Source: Halorutilales archaeon Cl-col2-1 (GTDB lineage: Archaea > Halobacteriota > Halobacteria > Halobacteriales > Afararchaeaceae). Taken from it: a DNA stretch of 64,000 nucleotides. Position numbers and translations under genes: made by a program. Where the stretch lies: contig CP169074.1 in NCBI GenBank assembly GCA_041891055.1, forward strand, positions 1,408,001-1,472,000, given 5' to 3'. Positions 49,169-57,882 of this stretch are shown here, one piece after another. The notes under the pieces were generated by a model that saw only the letters and a program-made list of their open reading frames with translations, made no database searches and had not been told where the DNA came from. Position 1 is the stretch's first letter. Every line of letters starts with the position of its first letter.

Positions 49169-50170
49169 ATGGTATTAGGAGTAGGCACCTCAACGATAGC
49201 GATCTTCATTACGTTCGGGGTACTGATAGGAGTCCTCTTCGGATTCTTCGGTATGGGAGGCAGTCTCCTCATACTCCCTGCAATACTCGTAGCGGGATAT
49301 CCCGCAGACGTAGCCGCAGGTAACAGCCTCGCGTTCGTCTTCGGAACCGCAGTGATCTCGGTTCTCAAACACCGTGACCACGGACAGATAGACTACAAAC
49401 TCGGTGCCGTCTTCCTCTTAGGCGGCACGCTCTTAGGAGAGACAGTAGGACACGAGATACTCAACATGCTGAAGGCTCGCGGTCTCTCAAACGTCGTCGT
49501 GAGCCTCATACTCGTGACGATACTCGTCGTGATGGGAGTCATCATACTCAGGGACGCGCGTTCGAGCAGTGAGTCGGGAGATGGCGCCGAGTCGGGCGCG
49601 GGAATACAGGAGACTGTCGAGTCGTTCGACGTCCCACCGAAGATAGATATAAAAGGAGGCGTCGAGGTCTCGGTCTGGGTCACCCTCTCTATCGCTTTCT
49701 TCATAGGACTCCTCGCGGGTCTGATAGGCGTGGGCGGAGGCTTCCTCGTGATGCCCGCGATGACATACATACTCGGAGCCCCCGCGGCGGTCGCGGTCGG
49801 AACCGACCTCTTCCAGATCGTGGGTCTCGGAGCCTACGGAACCTTCCTCAACGTCTCGAAGATCAACCTCGGCATAGTGATGCCTCTCTTAGCCGGAAGT
49901 GCTCTCGGAGCACGTATCGGTGCGAGTGCAACGTCAGTCACAGACGGAGAGGAAATAAAGGAGTACTTCGCCGTGATGCTCCTGATATCGGCGGTCTCTA
50001 CCGCTAGTAAGCTCGCGGCTAACCAGTACGGCATCGAGATACTCAATACCGTGAGTATAGTCTTCGTCGTAGGTGCGGCGTTCCTCGTTACGGGCGTCAT
50101 ACTCTACACGAGCATACAGAACATAAGAGAGGAGAGTAGTTCGAGCACTGCTGCGGTCGCCGCGGACTAG
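49169..50170 (+). CDS. TauE/SafE sulfite exporter
   Basis: GFFGMGG and GLIGVGGGF repeats, AVGTDLF. Confidence 0.9.
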   Translation: MVLGVGTSTIAIFITFGVLIGVLFGFFGMGGSLLILPAILVAGYPADVAAGNSLAFVFGTAVISVLKHRDHGQIDYKLGAVFLLGGTLLGETVGHEILNMLKARGLSNVVVSLILVTILVVMGVIILRDARSSSESGDGAESGAGIQETVESFDVPPKIDIKGGVEVSVWVTLSIAFFIGLLAGLIGVGGGFLVMPAMTYILGAPAAVAVGTDLFQIVGLGAYGTFLNVSKINLGIVMPLLAGSALGARIGASATSVTDGEEIKEYFAVMLLISAVSTASKLAANQYGIEILNTVSIVFVVGAAFLVTGVILYTSIQNIREESSSSTAAVAAD

Positions 50171-51228
50171 AACTCGAACTCGGAGTAGTCGGCGACGTAG
50201 CGTCTGTCTTTCTGTTCGTTTTCTCGTTCTCGCGTCTTCTCTTCGACGCTGTCGACGGAGTAAAACTGTATCTGTCTCTCGTGTTTGGTCATGACCTCGA
50301 AGCCGTAGTTCTCGGAGATGTACTTCAGGCTCCTGTCTGTCTCGTCCACGAAGTCGGTGTGTCTACCGAGACGTCTCCCAACGACTTCGTCTGACTTTTC
50401 CTCGACTCGGTCGAGTCTCCGCTCAAAGCTCTCGACGAGGTCTCTGCGTATCTCGTAGCCGACGGAGTTACGTCCCGCTACGACCGCCGCAAGCGACGTG
50501 GTTCCTGTTCCCCAGAACGGATCGAGAACCGTGTCGCTGTAGACCGAGTACATATTTATGAGACGGTAGGGGATCTCGAACGGAAACGCAGCCGACGTGT
50601 CACGGAGAGTCTCAGATCCGTCGTTGAGGTCGAGTGACTGCGACTCACCTCTGACGTCAGTCCAGACGTCCGAGAACCAGTCGTTGCGTTCCTCCCAGAA
50701 GTAGGCACTCTCGTAACGTCTCTCGGAGTGGGGCTCGAACTCCCTCTTCGACTTGCGGAAGACGAGTATATGTTCGTGTTCGAGTGTGACGTAGGCGTTC
50801 GTCGGAAGCATCCCCGACCCCATGAACTTGGCGGCGGAGTTGGTGGGCTTTCTCCACAGAACCGTGGGGAGTGGCTCGTACCCCATCTCCGAGAACTTAC
50901 GTGTTATACGTGAGTGGTTGGGGTATCTCTCGAAGGAGCCGCCGATCTTACGTGTAGCGTCGCCGACGTTTACACAGACTACACCGCCCTCCGAGACTAC
51001 GTCGTCGACCGACTCCCAGACCTCGTCGAGCTCTCGGTGCATGAGACTGAAAGCAGTCCGGTCATCGCCGTCGTCGAGCGCGTCACGTATCTCAGGGTTT
51101 AGATCCGAGAAGACGTCGTCCCACATCTCTATCATTGGATACGGTGGCGATGTAACCACGAGGTTGACATCTCGATCGGATCTCATACGTCTAGAGTCGC
51201 CGAAGAAGACGTCGTGTTGTGTCCTCAT
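50167..51228 (-). CDS. Orphan beta-class amino DNA methyltransferase (m4C, CTAG-type likely)
   Basis: VVTSPPY motif IV precedes VLDPFWGTGTT motif I; no nuclease adjacent. Confidence 0.85.
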   Translation of the reverse strand: MRTQHDVFFGDSRRMRSDRDVNLVVTSPPYPMIEMWDDVFSDLNPEIRDALDDGDDRTAFSLMHRELDEVWESVDDVVSEGGVVCVNVGDATRKIGGSFERYPNHSRITRKFSEMGYEPLPTVLWRKPTNSAAKFMGSGMLPTNAYVTLEHEHILVFRKSKREFEPHSERRYESAYFWEERNDWFSDVWTDVRGESQSLDLNDGSETLRDTSAAFPFEIPYRLINMYSVYSDTVLDPFWGTGTTSLAAVVAGRNSVGYEIRRDLVESFERRLDRVEEKSDEVVGRRLGRHTDFVDETDRSLKYISENYGFEVMTKHERQIQFYSVDSVEEKTRERENEQKDRRYVADYSEFEF

Positions 51229-51356
51229 GTCTCGGCTACTCGACATCCAATCACGAGTTCGAGTATCGGCTCTGTCTCCGGGAGACACGCCACGCATAGA
51301 AACTTCGGTTTTTCAAGTGCGTAGTTCATACTTAGTTAAGAAGAGGTAGTCCGAGG

Positions 51357-51947
51357 TTACTTAACATCGGCGAGGCGAGCGAGAGCGGCGACCGATACGA
51401 GCGCGAGGACGGCGACTACGGCTCCGAAGCCGGGGAGCGAGTTAGCGTTCGATGTTGAATCCGACCCCGACGGCTCTGATGACGAAGAAGTAGTCGAGGC
51501 GTTAGACGAGTCCGAGCCCGAATCCGACCCCGACTCCGACTTCTGAGCCAGAGCGACTGCTGCCTCATCAAGCTGACTCTGTACCGTACGTGTCGTGTTC
51601 TCGACCTTCTCAACCGACGCGTTGTTCTCGATCTGGGACGGAAGCTTCTCGTGTATATTCCTCTCTAAACTTGCGACTAAGCCGGGGTCGATACGGCTTA
51701 GCTCAGCCTCGTATCCCGGGTCCTCCCAGTTGTCGTGGTGGGACTCGTGAGAGAGGTTGTGTGCCCTCTGTCTGTCACCCTGTCTGTAGAGTTCGAGTGC
51801 CTCGTCTAAGTCCGACTGAAGATTCTCGACTGTCTGAGTCACGTTCGAGTCGCCGCCCGTCTCCTGTGCCCCGACTGGCGCGGAGACGAGTCCAACTACG
51901 GCTATCAGTAACGCTAGTGTCACGGATACGGTATGATCGGCGTTCAT
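51357..51947 (-). CDS. PGF-CTERM surface protein with His/Glu-rich helical domain
   Basis: Signal peptide, Ser-rich linker, LPGFGAVVAVLAL..R tail. Confidence 0.8.
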   Translation of the reverse strand: MNADHTVSVTLALLIAVVGLVSAPVGAQETGGDSNVTQTVENLQSDLDEALELYRQGDRQRAHNLSHESHHDNWEDPGYEAELSRIDPGLVASLERNIHEKLPSQIENNASVEKVENTTRTVQSQLDEAAVALAQKSESGSDSGSDSSNASTTSSSSEPSGSDSTSNANSLPGFGAVVAVLALVSVAALARLADVK

Positions 51948-51948
51948 T

Positions 51949-51988
51949 TTAGGCTGACCTAATACGACCTTCAATTAGGTAAGCCTAA
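51949..51988. promoter_or_regulatory. Two DtxR/Idr/SirR-type palindromic boxes
   Basis: TTAGG-CTGA-CCTAA (51949-51962) and TTAGG-TAAG-CCTAA (51975-51988). Confidence 0.7.
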
Positions 51989-52055
51989 AAGATTGTGGTT
52001 CGAGTTTGGGTGTCCGACAGTATTATTGAGCGACCGATGTAACTAAGCAGTAATA

Positions 52056-53264
52056 ATGCGAAAACAGCACGGTTTCAGAAGTAACACACGTCTCGACGAC
52101 GCCCTCGACGTCTTTCTCGACCACGTCTCACGTATCGAGAGGTCGGAGACCGTCGGGCTCGAAGATGCCGACCGCAGAGTTGCGGCGAGCGACGTCGAGG
52201 CGGAGAGGGACGTTCCGGGCTACGACAGAGCGGCAATGGACGGCTACGCCGTGAGGGCGAAAGACACCTACGGCGCGAGTACGGAGTCGCCCTCGTCACT
52301 CGAAATCACCGAGGGAGAGGTCGAAGAAGGCGAGGCAGTGGCTGTGAGCACGGGAGAGGAGATACCCGACGGAGCCGACGCAGTCGTGATGGTCGAGGAC
52401 ACGAGACAGGTCGGCGGGATGGTCGAGGTCGAGACCGGGGTGTCGAGGGGAAAGAACGTCGGCGAGGCGGGCGAGGACGTCGCTGTGGGGGACTCCGTCG
52501 TCGACGAGGGGCACCGTCTGCGTCCGAGTGACATAGCGGTTCTGAGGAGTCTCGGAATGGACGAGGTCGAGGTCTACGACAAGCCCGAGGTCGCAGTAAT
52601 TCCGACGGGCGAGGAGCTCGTCGAGTCAGACCCCGATCCGGGTGAGATCATAGAGACAAACGGCGAGATGGTCTCGAACTACGTCGAGAGATGGGGTGGA
52701 AGACCGCGTTACGAGGATATAGTCGAAGACGACTTCGATGCTATCTCGGAAGCCGTCGTAGACGCCGCCGACGCCGATCTGGTCGTGACTACGGGGGGGT
52801 CGAGTGTGGGCGAGAGAGATCTGACCCCGGAGGTCATAGACGAAAACGGCGAGATACTCGTCCACGGAGTCGGAATAAAGCCCGGACATCCCGTGGGTCT
52901 CGGTGTCGTCGAGGGTACACCGGTCGTGATGCTTCCCGGATACCCCGTGTCTTGTGTGGTCAACTCGTTCCTTTTCGTGCGCCCCGCCGTCCGCGAACTC
53001 GGAAGCATAGACGCGCCGCCAGACCCGACGGTCGACTGTGTCTTAGACGAGAAGATAAACTCCGAGGTCGGAAAGAGAACATTCACACGTGTGAGTGTAG
53101 AGAGACGTGACGGAGAACACGTTGGGGTTCCGACGAGAACGAGCGGCGCGGGAGTCCTGTCGAGTGTCTCGGAGGCTGACGCAGTTATCGAGACGGGCGA
53201 GGAGAACGAGGGCTACGACGCGGGTGAGGTCGTAGAGGCAGTCTACTGGGAGTGGGGATGTTAA
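52056..53264 (+). CDS. moeA: Molybdopterin molybdotransferase
   Basis: AAMDGYAV, TGEEL, TTGGSSVG, IKPGHP, LPGYP. Confidence 0.93.
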   Translation: MRKQHGFRSNTRLDDALDVFLDHVSRIERSETVGLEDADRRVAASDVEAERDVPGYDRAAMDGYAVRAKDTYGASTESPSSLEITEGEVEEGEAVAVSTGEEIPDGADAVVMVEDTRQVGGMVEVETGVSRGKNVGEAGEDVAVGDSVVDEGHRLRPSDIAVLRSLGMDEVEVYDKPEVAVIPTGEELVESDPDPGEIIETNGEMVSNYVERWGGRPRYEDIVEDDFDAISEAVVDAADADLVVTTGGSSVGERDLTPEVIDENGEILVHGVGIKPGHPVGLGVVEGTPVVMLPGYPVSCVVNSFLFVRPAVRELGSIDAPPDPTVDCVLDEKINSEVGKRTFTRVSVERRDGEHVGVPTRTSGAGVLSSVSEADAVIETGEENEGYDAGEVVEAVYWEWGC

Positions 53265-53265
53265 G

Positions 53266-55149
53266 ATGAGCACGAGAAAAGAGTTCAGGGACTTAGCGAG
53301 TCTCGAAGAGGCTGTCGAGGTCGTAGAGGAGCTAAAGACCGAGAGACGTACCGAGACAGTCGGTATAAGAGAAGCCGACGGACGTGTTCTGTCGGAGGCT
53401 GTCGACTCGCCGATAGACGTTCCTGGATTCGACCGGTCGGTGATGGACGGATACGCTGTGAGAGCGGAGGACACCTACGGAGCGACAGAGGACGACCCCG
53501 TCGAACTCGAAGACACGGGGACGGTACGCGCGGGAACTCGTCCCGAGATAGCCGTAGACGAAGGCGAGGCAGCCGAGATACCCACCGGAGCGGTGATACC
53601 TGAGGGTGCCGACGCAGTCGTGATGGTCGAGGAGACTCAGGAGACCGACGGAGGTGTCGAGGTCTACAAGGCGGTCGCACCCGGCAACAGCATAATGTCA
53701 GCGGGCGCCGACGTTGCCGCGGGCGAACGTGTCCTCTCGAAGGGTACACGTCTCACGCCGCGCGAGATTGGTCTCCTCGCGGCGCTCGGGTTCGACGAGG
53801 TTGACGTCTACGAGAAGCCAAAGGTCGGCATCGTGAGCACGGGAGACGAGATAGTCAGACCCGGAGGGGGTCTCGAAGCCGGACAGATCTTCGACGTCAA
53901 CACATTCTCTGTCGCCGCCGCGGTCGAGGAAGCCGGCGGAGACCCGGTCGTATACGAACACGTCGGCGACGACTACGACAGGATGGAGGAGGTACTGAGA
54001 AAGGCGAGCGAGGACTGTGACCTCGTCCTCTCAAGCGGTTCGACGAGCGCGAGTGCAGTCGACGTAGTCTACCGAGTTATAGAGGAGAAAGGCGAGATGT
54101 TACTCCACGGAATCGCCGTAAAGCCCGGAAAGCCGACTATATTCGGAAGACTCGGCGACGCGTCGTATATCGGTCTTCCCGGGAACCCGATCAGCGCCCT
54201 ATCGATCTTCCGTCTCTTCGCGTCGCGCGTGGTAAGACACGCCGCGGGTCTCCCCGAGGTACCCGAGTCGCGGAAGACAGAGGCAGTGATGGCGGACTCG
54301 GTGCGCTCGGACGTCGGAAGGACACGTCTCCTTCCCGTCGGTCTCGTCGAGTCGCCCGAGAGAGGTCTCCTCGCGTACAGCCTCGACAAAGGAAGCGGAG
54401 CGACGACTTCTCTCTCGGAGGCGGACGGATACGTCGTCGTAGAGTCAGAGGTCAACTACCTCGCTGACGGCGACGAAGTCGAGGTGGTTCTCCTCGGAGA
54501 CAACGTCGAGGCTCCGGCTCTTCTCGGCGTGGGCGGGGCGGACAGCGTCGTAAACGAGGCAGTCGAAGATACCGACGCAAGGTCCAGATGGCTCGACGTC
54601 GGATCTGTCGCTGGAGCGAGGAAAGTCAGGGACGGCGTCGCGGACATAGCGGGGGTTAACCTCTCCCCCGACTACCTAGACAGCCTCGGTGTCGAGGACG
54701 CGTGTCTCGTAAGGGGATACGAGAGACATGTGGGTCTCGTAGTCGAAGAGGGTAATCCCGAGGGGTACGAAGGAATAGGGGATATCGAAGACGGCGTCAG
54801 GTTCGCGGGACGCACCGACGCGTCGGGTACACGCGTCCTACTCGACGAGATTCTCGAAGAAGACGAAAAAGAAGTCGAGATTCTGAGCTTCAGGTCACAC
54901 GACGGGGTCGCCAACGCAGTCAAGAACGGGAAGGCAAAGGTCGGCATAGGTCTCGAAGACGTCGCCGAGGAACACGGTCTCGGGTTCGTGCCTCTGAGAT
55001 GGGAGAGCTTCGACTTCCTCGTCGCCGAACCGCGCGCCTCGAAGGACGGTGTCGAGAGATTCTTGGAGACCGTAGAGTCGCTGGATCTCGAAGACGAGGT
55101 CGGCTACAGGTCGGTCGAGAACGCCGGAGAGGTCGTCGAGGACTGGTAG
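53266..55149 (+). CDS. moeA: MoeA with C-terminal periplasmic-binding-like domain
   Basis: SVMDGYAV, VKPGKPT, LPGNP, then SGTRVLLD/HDGVA PBP region. Confidence 0.92.
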   Translation: MSTRKEFRDLASLEEAVEVVEELKTERRTETVGIREADGRVLSEAVDSPIDVPGFDRSVMDGYAVRAEDTYGATEDDPVELEDTGTVRAGTRPEIAVDEGEAAEIPTGAVIPEGADAVVMVEETQETDGGVEVYKAVAPGNSIMSAGADVAAGERVLSKGTRLTPREIGLLAALGFDEVDVYEKPKVGIVSTGDEIVRPGGGLEAGQIFDVNTFSVAAAVEEAGGDPVVYEHVGDDYDRMEEVLRKASEDCDLVLSSGSTSASAVDVVYRVIEEKGEMLLHGIAVKPGKPTIFGRLGDASYIGLPGNPISALSIFRLFASRVVRHAAGLPEVPESRKTEAVMADSVRSDVGRTRLLPVGLVESPERGLLAYSLDKGSGATTSLSEADGYVVVESEVNYLADGDEVEVVLLGDNVEAPALLGVGGADSVVNEAVEDTDARSRWLDVGSVAGARKVRDGVADIAGVNLSPDYLDSLGVEDACLVRGYERHVGLVVEEGNPEGYEGIGDIEDGVRFAGRTDASGTRVLLDEILEEDEKEVEILSFRSHDGVANAVKNGKAKVGIGLEDVAEEHGLGFVPLRWESFDFLVAEPRASKDGVERFLETVESLDLEDEVGYRSVENAGEVVEDW

Positions 55150-55805
55150 TCGCCTGAGTTCGAAATACGTGCCGCGTCAAGAGACGCGATCTCGTCGACT
55201 GACTCGACGTTTATGTCGGCTTCTACGGGATGTCCGAGACGGTCGATATGGCTCGCAGTAATACCTGCGTTCCAAGCGCCTTTGACATCGGAGGTCGAGT
55301 CGCCCACCATGACGGTAGACTCGGTGTCAGCGTCCGACGAGGGCTCGGCACCGATCTCAGACATACATCTCTGTATCGGATTAGGGTCGGGCTTGAAGCC
55401 TATGTCGTACGAACACGAGACGACGGTGTCGAAATGGTGGTCGAGTCCCGCCTTTTCGAGAGCGGGGACGGCGAGTTCAGGTGGTGAATGTGTCACGACC
55501 CCCTTCTTCGCGTCGATCTCCTCTATCGAGTAGGCGTCGTCGTAGGCGTAGGTGTACTCTAAACGTCTCTCGACTGTGTCGACCTCGTCGAAGACGTCCC
55601 AGAAATCCCGCGGCTCGTCGTACCCCCACGACCGGAGTATCTCGTCACGTGAGTCTTCGCCGATTCCGTGCCACAGATTACGTATCTGGTCGTCGGAGAA
55701 GGAACGCCCGAGACGATCCTCGACCTCGTCGAAGACTGCCCTCCTGTACTCTTCCTCGACGTCGACTATGACACCGTCGAGGTCGAAGAGGTAGTAGTCG
55801 AACAT
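55104..55805 (-). CDS. HAD-family phosphatase
   Basis: FDLDGVIVD, KPDP, MVGDSTSD. Confidence 0.88.
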   Translation of the reverse strand: MFDYYLFDLDGVIVDVEEEYRRAVFDEVEDRLGRSFSDDQIRNLWHGIGEDSRDEILRSWGYDEPRDFWDVFDEVDTVERRLEYTYAYDDAYSIEEIDAKKGVVTHSPPELAVPALEKAGLDHHFDTVVSCSYDIGFKPDPNPIQRCMSEIGAEPSSDADTESTVMVGDSTSDVKGAWNAGITASHIDRLGHPVEADINVESVDEIASLDAARISNSGDYQSSTTSPAFSTDL

Positions 55806-55898
55806 CTACTTCTACGTACGTCTCCACCGATATAATGCCTTGTGCCTTCTGCTAAAATCCGATACATTCTTTAATCCGAGAGACTAAGATGTGGGTGA

Positions 55899-55972
55899 GG
55901 GTTCGTGGTCTAGCTGGTTATGACACCTCCTTGACATGGAGGAGGTCCCCAGTTCGAATCTGGGCGAACCCA
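55899..55972 (+). tRNA. tRNA-Val(GAC), CCA not encoded
   Basis: Acceptor GGGTTCG/CGAACCC, anticodon arm CCTCC-TTGACAT-GGAGG, T arm CCCAG-TTCGAAT-CTGGG; TTTAAT box at about 55870. Confidence 0.96.
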
Positions 55973-56944
55973 TGAACGATTTTACGAGTGAATGGTGAGA
56001 ACAGATTCGGATCAGGGAACGTCGTGACCGTGGTTCAAATCTGGGCGAACCCATGAACGATTTTACGAGTGAATGGTGAGAACAGATTCGGATCAGGGAA
56101 CGTCGTGACCGTGGTTCAAATCTGGGCGAACCCATGAACGATTTTACGAGTGAATGGTGAGAACAGATTCGGATCAGGGAACGTCGTGACCGTGGTTCAA
56201 ATCTGGGCGAACCCATGAACGATTTTACGAGTGAATGGTGAGAACAGATTCGGATCAGGGAACGTCGTGACCGTGGTTCAAATCTGGGCGAACCCATGAA
56301 CGATTTTACGAGTGAATGGTGAGAACAGATTCGGATCAGGGAACGTCGTGACCGTGGTTCAAATCTGGGCGAACCCATGAACGATTTTACGAGTGAATGG
56401 TGAGAACAGATTCGGATCAGGGAACGTCGTGACCGTGGTTCAAATCTGGGCGAACCCATGAACGATTTTACGAGTGAATGGTGAGAACAGATTCGGATCA
56501 GGGAACGTCGTGACCGTGGTTCAAATCTGGGCGAACCCATGAACGATTTTACGAGTGAATGGTGAGAACAGATTCGGATCAGGGAACGTCGTGACCGTGG
56601 TTCAAATCTGGGCGAACCCATGAACGATTTTACGAGTGAATGGTGAGAACAGATTCGGATCAGGGAACGTCGTGACCGTGGTTCAAATCTGGGCGAACCC
56701 ATGAACGATTTTACGAGTGAATGGTGAGAACAGATTCGGATCAGGGAACGTCGTGACCGTGGTTCAAATCTGGGCGAACCCATGAACGATTTTACGAGTG
56801 AATGGTGAGAACAGATTCGGATCAGGGAACGTCGTGACCGTGGTTCAAATCTGGGCGAACCCATGAACGATTTTACGAGTGAATGGTGAGAACAGATTCG
56901 GATCAGGGAACGTCGTGACCGTGGTTCAAATCTGGGCGAACCCA
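55973..56944 (+). repeat. 12 x 81-bp perfect tandem array, each unit ending in a copy of the tRNA-Val 3' end
   Basis: Unit TGAACGATTTTACGAGTGAATGGTGAGAACAGATTCGGATCAGGGAACGTCGTGACCGTGGTTCAAATCTGGGCGAACCCA; last 21 nt match the tRNA 20/21. Confidence 0.97.
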
Positions 56945-57084
56945 CTGATCTAACTTTTGTGAGGGGAATACTGAATACAGTTCGAACCAGAGAAGAGAGC
57001 GCGCTGTGACCTTATTCTTCTAACAGAGTTAGACTCTTATCCCACCAGCACCCTTAAGGTGTATGGCTACGTCCATACACATAG

Positions 57085-57387
57085 ATGCAAGACGGGGGTG
57101 TAGACGAGGAGCCCGACTACCGTATAAATCTACCATCGGGTACTGTCGTCGACGTAACCATAAACAAAGTTGAACCTTGGGAGAAGTATCCAGAAGGATG
57201 GCATTACGGTCTCCATTACGGAACACGCGAGGGTGAAACACTCCTACGGTATGACAACGGACACAACGACGACGAACACCACCGCCACACCCCAGACGGT
57301 GACGAGACTGTGGAGTTTCCGGGTATGGAAGAGCTATACAGACGTTTCCTCGAAGAGGTGAGACAGCATGAACAAGAAAGAAACTGA
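57085..57387 (+). CDS. DUF6516/TumE-like toxin
   Basis: YPEG.HY.LHYG...GETLLRYDNGH....HHRH; leaderless, TTAAG box about 28 nt upstream. Confidence 0.75.
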   Translation: MQDGGVDEEPDYRINLPSGTVVDVTINKVEPWEKYPEGWHYGLHYGTREGETLLRYDNGHNDDEHHRHTPDGDETVEFPGMEELYRRFLEEVRQHEQERN

Positions 57388-57769
57388 ATCCGAGACAGAG
57401 ACCGAGACCACGCTTCACGTCAAGTATATGGAGTCCGACAAGGCTCTCGAAAAGCCGCTCGAAGGCATAAGGGAGATGGAAGAGGGCGGCGAGCCCGACG
57501 AGACACCGATGGTGATCGTCACCACGAAGGAAGACCTCAACCGCGTGACACGTGACACGACTATCGACCTCATAAACGCCGTCGCGAAACACGAGCCCGA
57601 GAGCATACGTCAGACTGCACGTCTCGTCGACAGGTCGCCGATAGACGTAAAGAAAAACCTCGACGAACTGGAGAGAATAGGTCTGATCCGTCTCGAGGAG
57701 GAGGACGGCGCGAAACGTCCCGTCGTATGGTACGATACGCTCGACCTCGAAGTTCCGGTTTCGGCGTAA
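57368..57769 (+). CDS. wHTH antitoxin-like protein (HVO_A0114/TumA-like)
   Basis: PESIRQTARLVDR....V..NLDEL...GLI, AKRPVVWYD; overlaps toxin gene. Confidence 0.75.
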   Translation: MNKKETESETETETTLHVKYMESDKALEKPLEGIREMEEGGEPDETPMVIVTTKEDLNRVTRDTTIDLINAVAKHEPESIRQTARLVDRSPIDVKKNLDELERIGLIRLEEEDGAKRPVVWYDTLDLEVPVSA

Positions 57770-57882
57770 GCGTCAGACTCGTCTGACATACGGTTACGTT
57801 TAGATCTATCTCAAGACGGATAATTCTACTCGACACTACGCAACCTGTAAAGAGTTAAACCCGAGATACGTCTATCTTCTGT

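Noticed and set aside
55973-56944. CRISPR array or array of functional tRNAs
   Set aside because: Intervening sequences are identical, no cas genes are present, and units lack the acceptor 5' strand, D arm and anticodon arm
55884-56945. 353-aa minus-strand ORF of 27-aa repeats
   Set aside because: By-product of an 81-bp (multiple of 3) repeat without stops in that frame; runs antisense through the tRNA and is basic, unlike this acidic proteome
57770-57882. attR closing an island around the TA pair
   Set aside because: No tRNA-Val 3' fragment found; only a short GTCAGAC-TC-GTCTGAC palindrome
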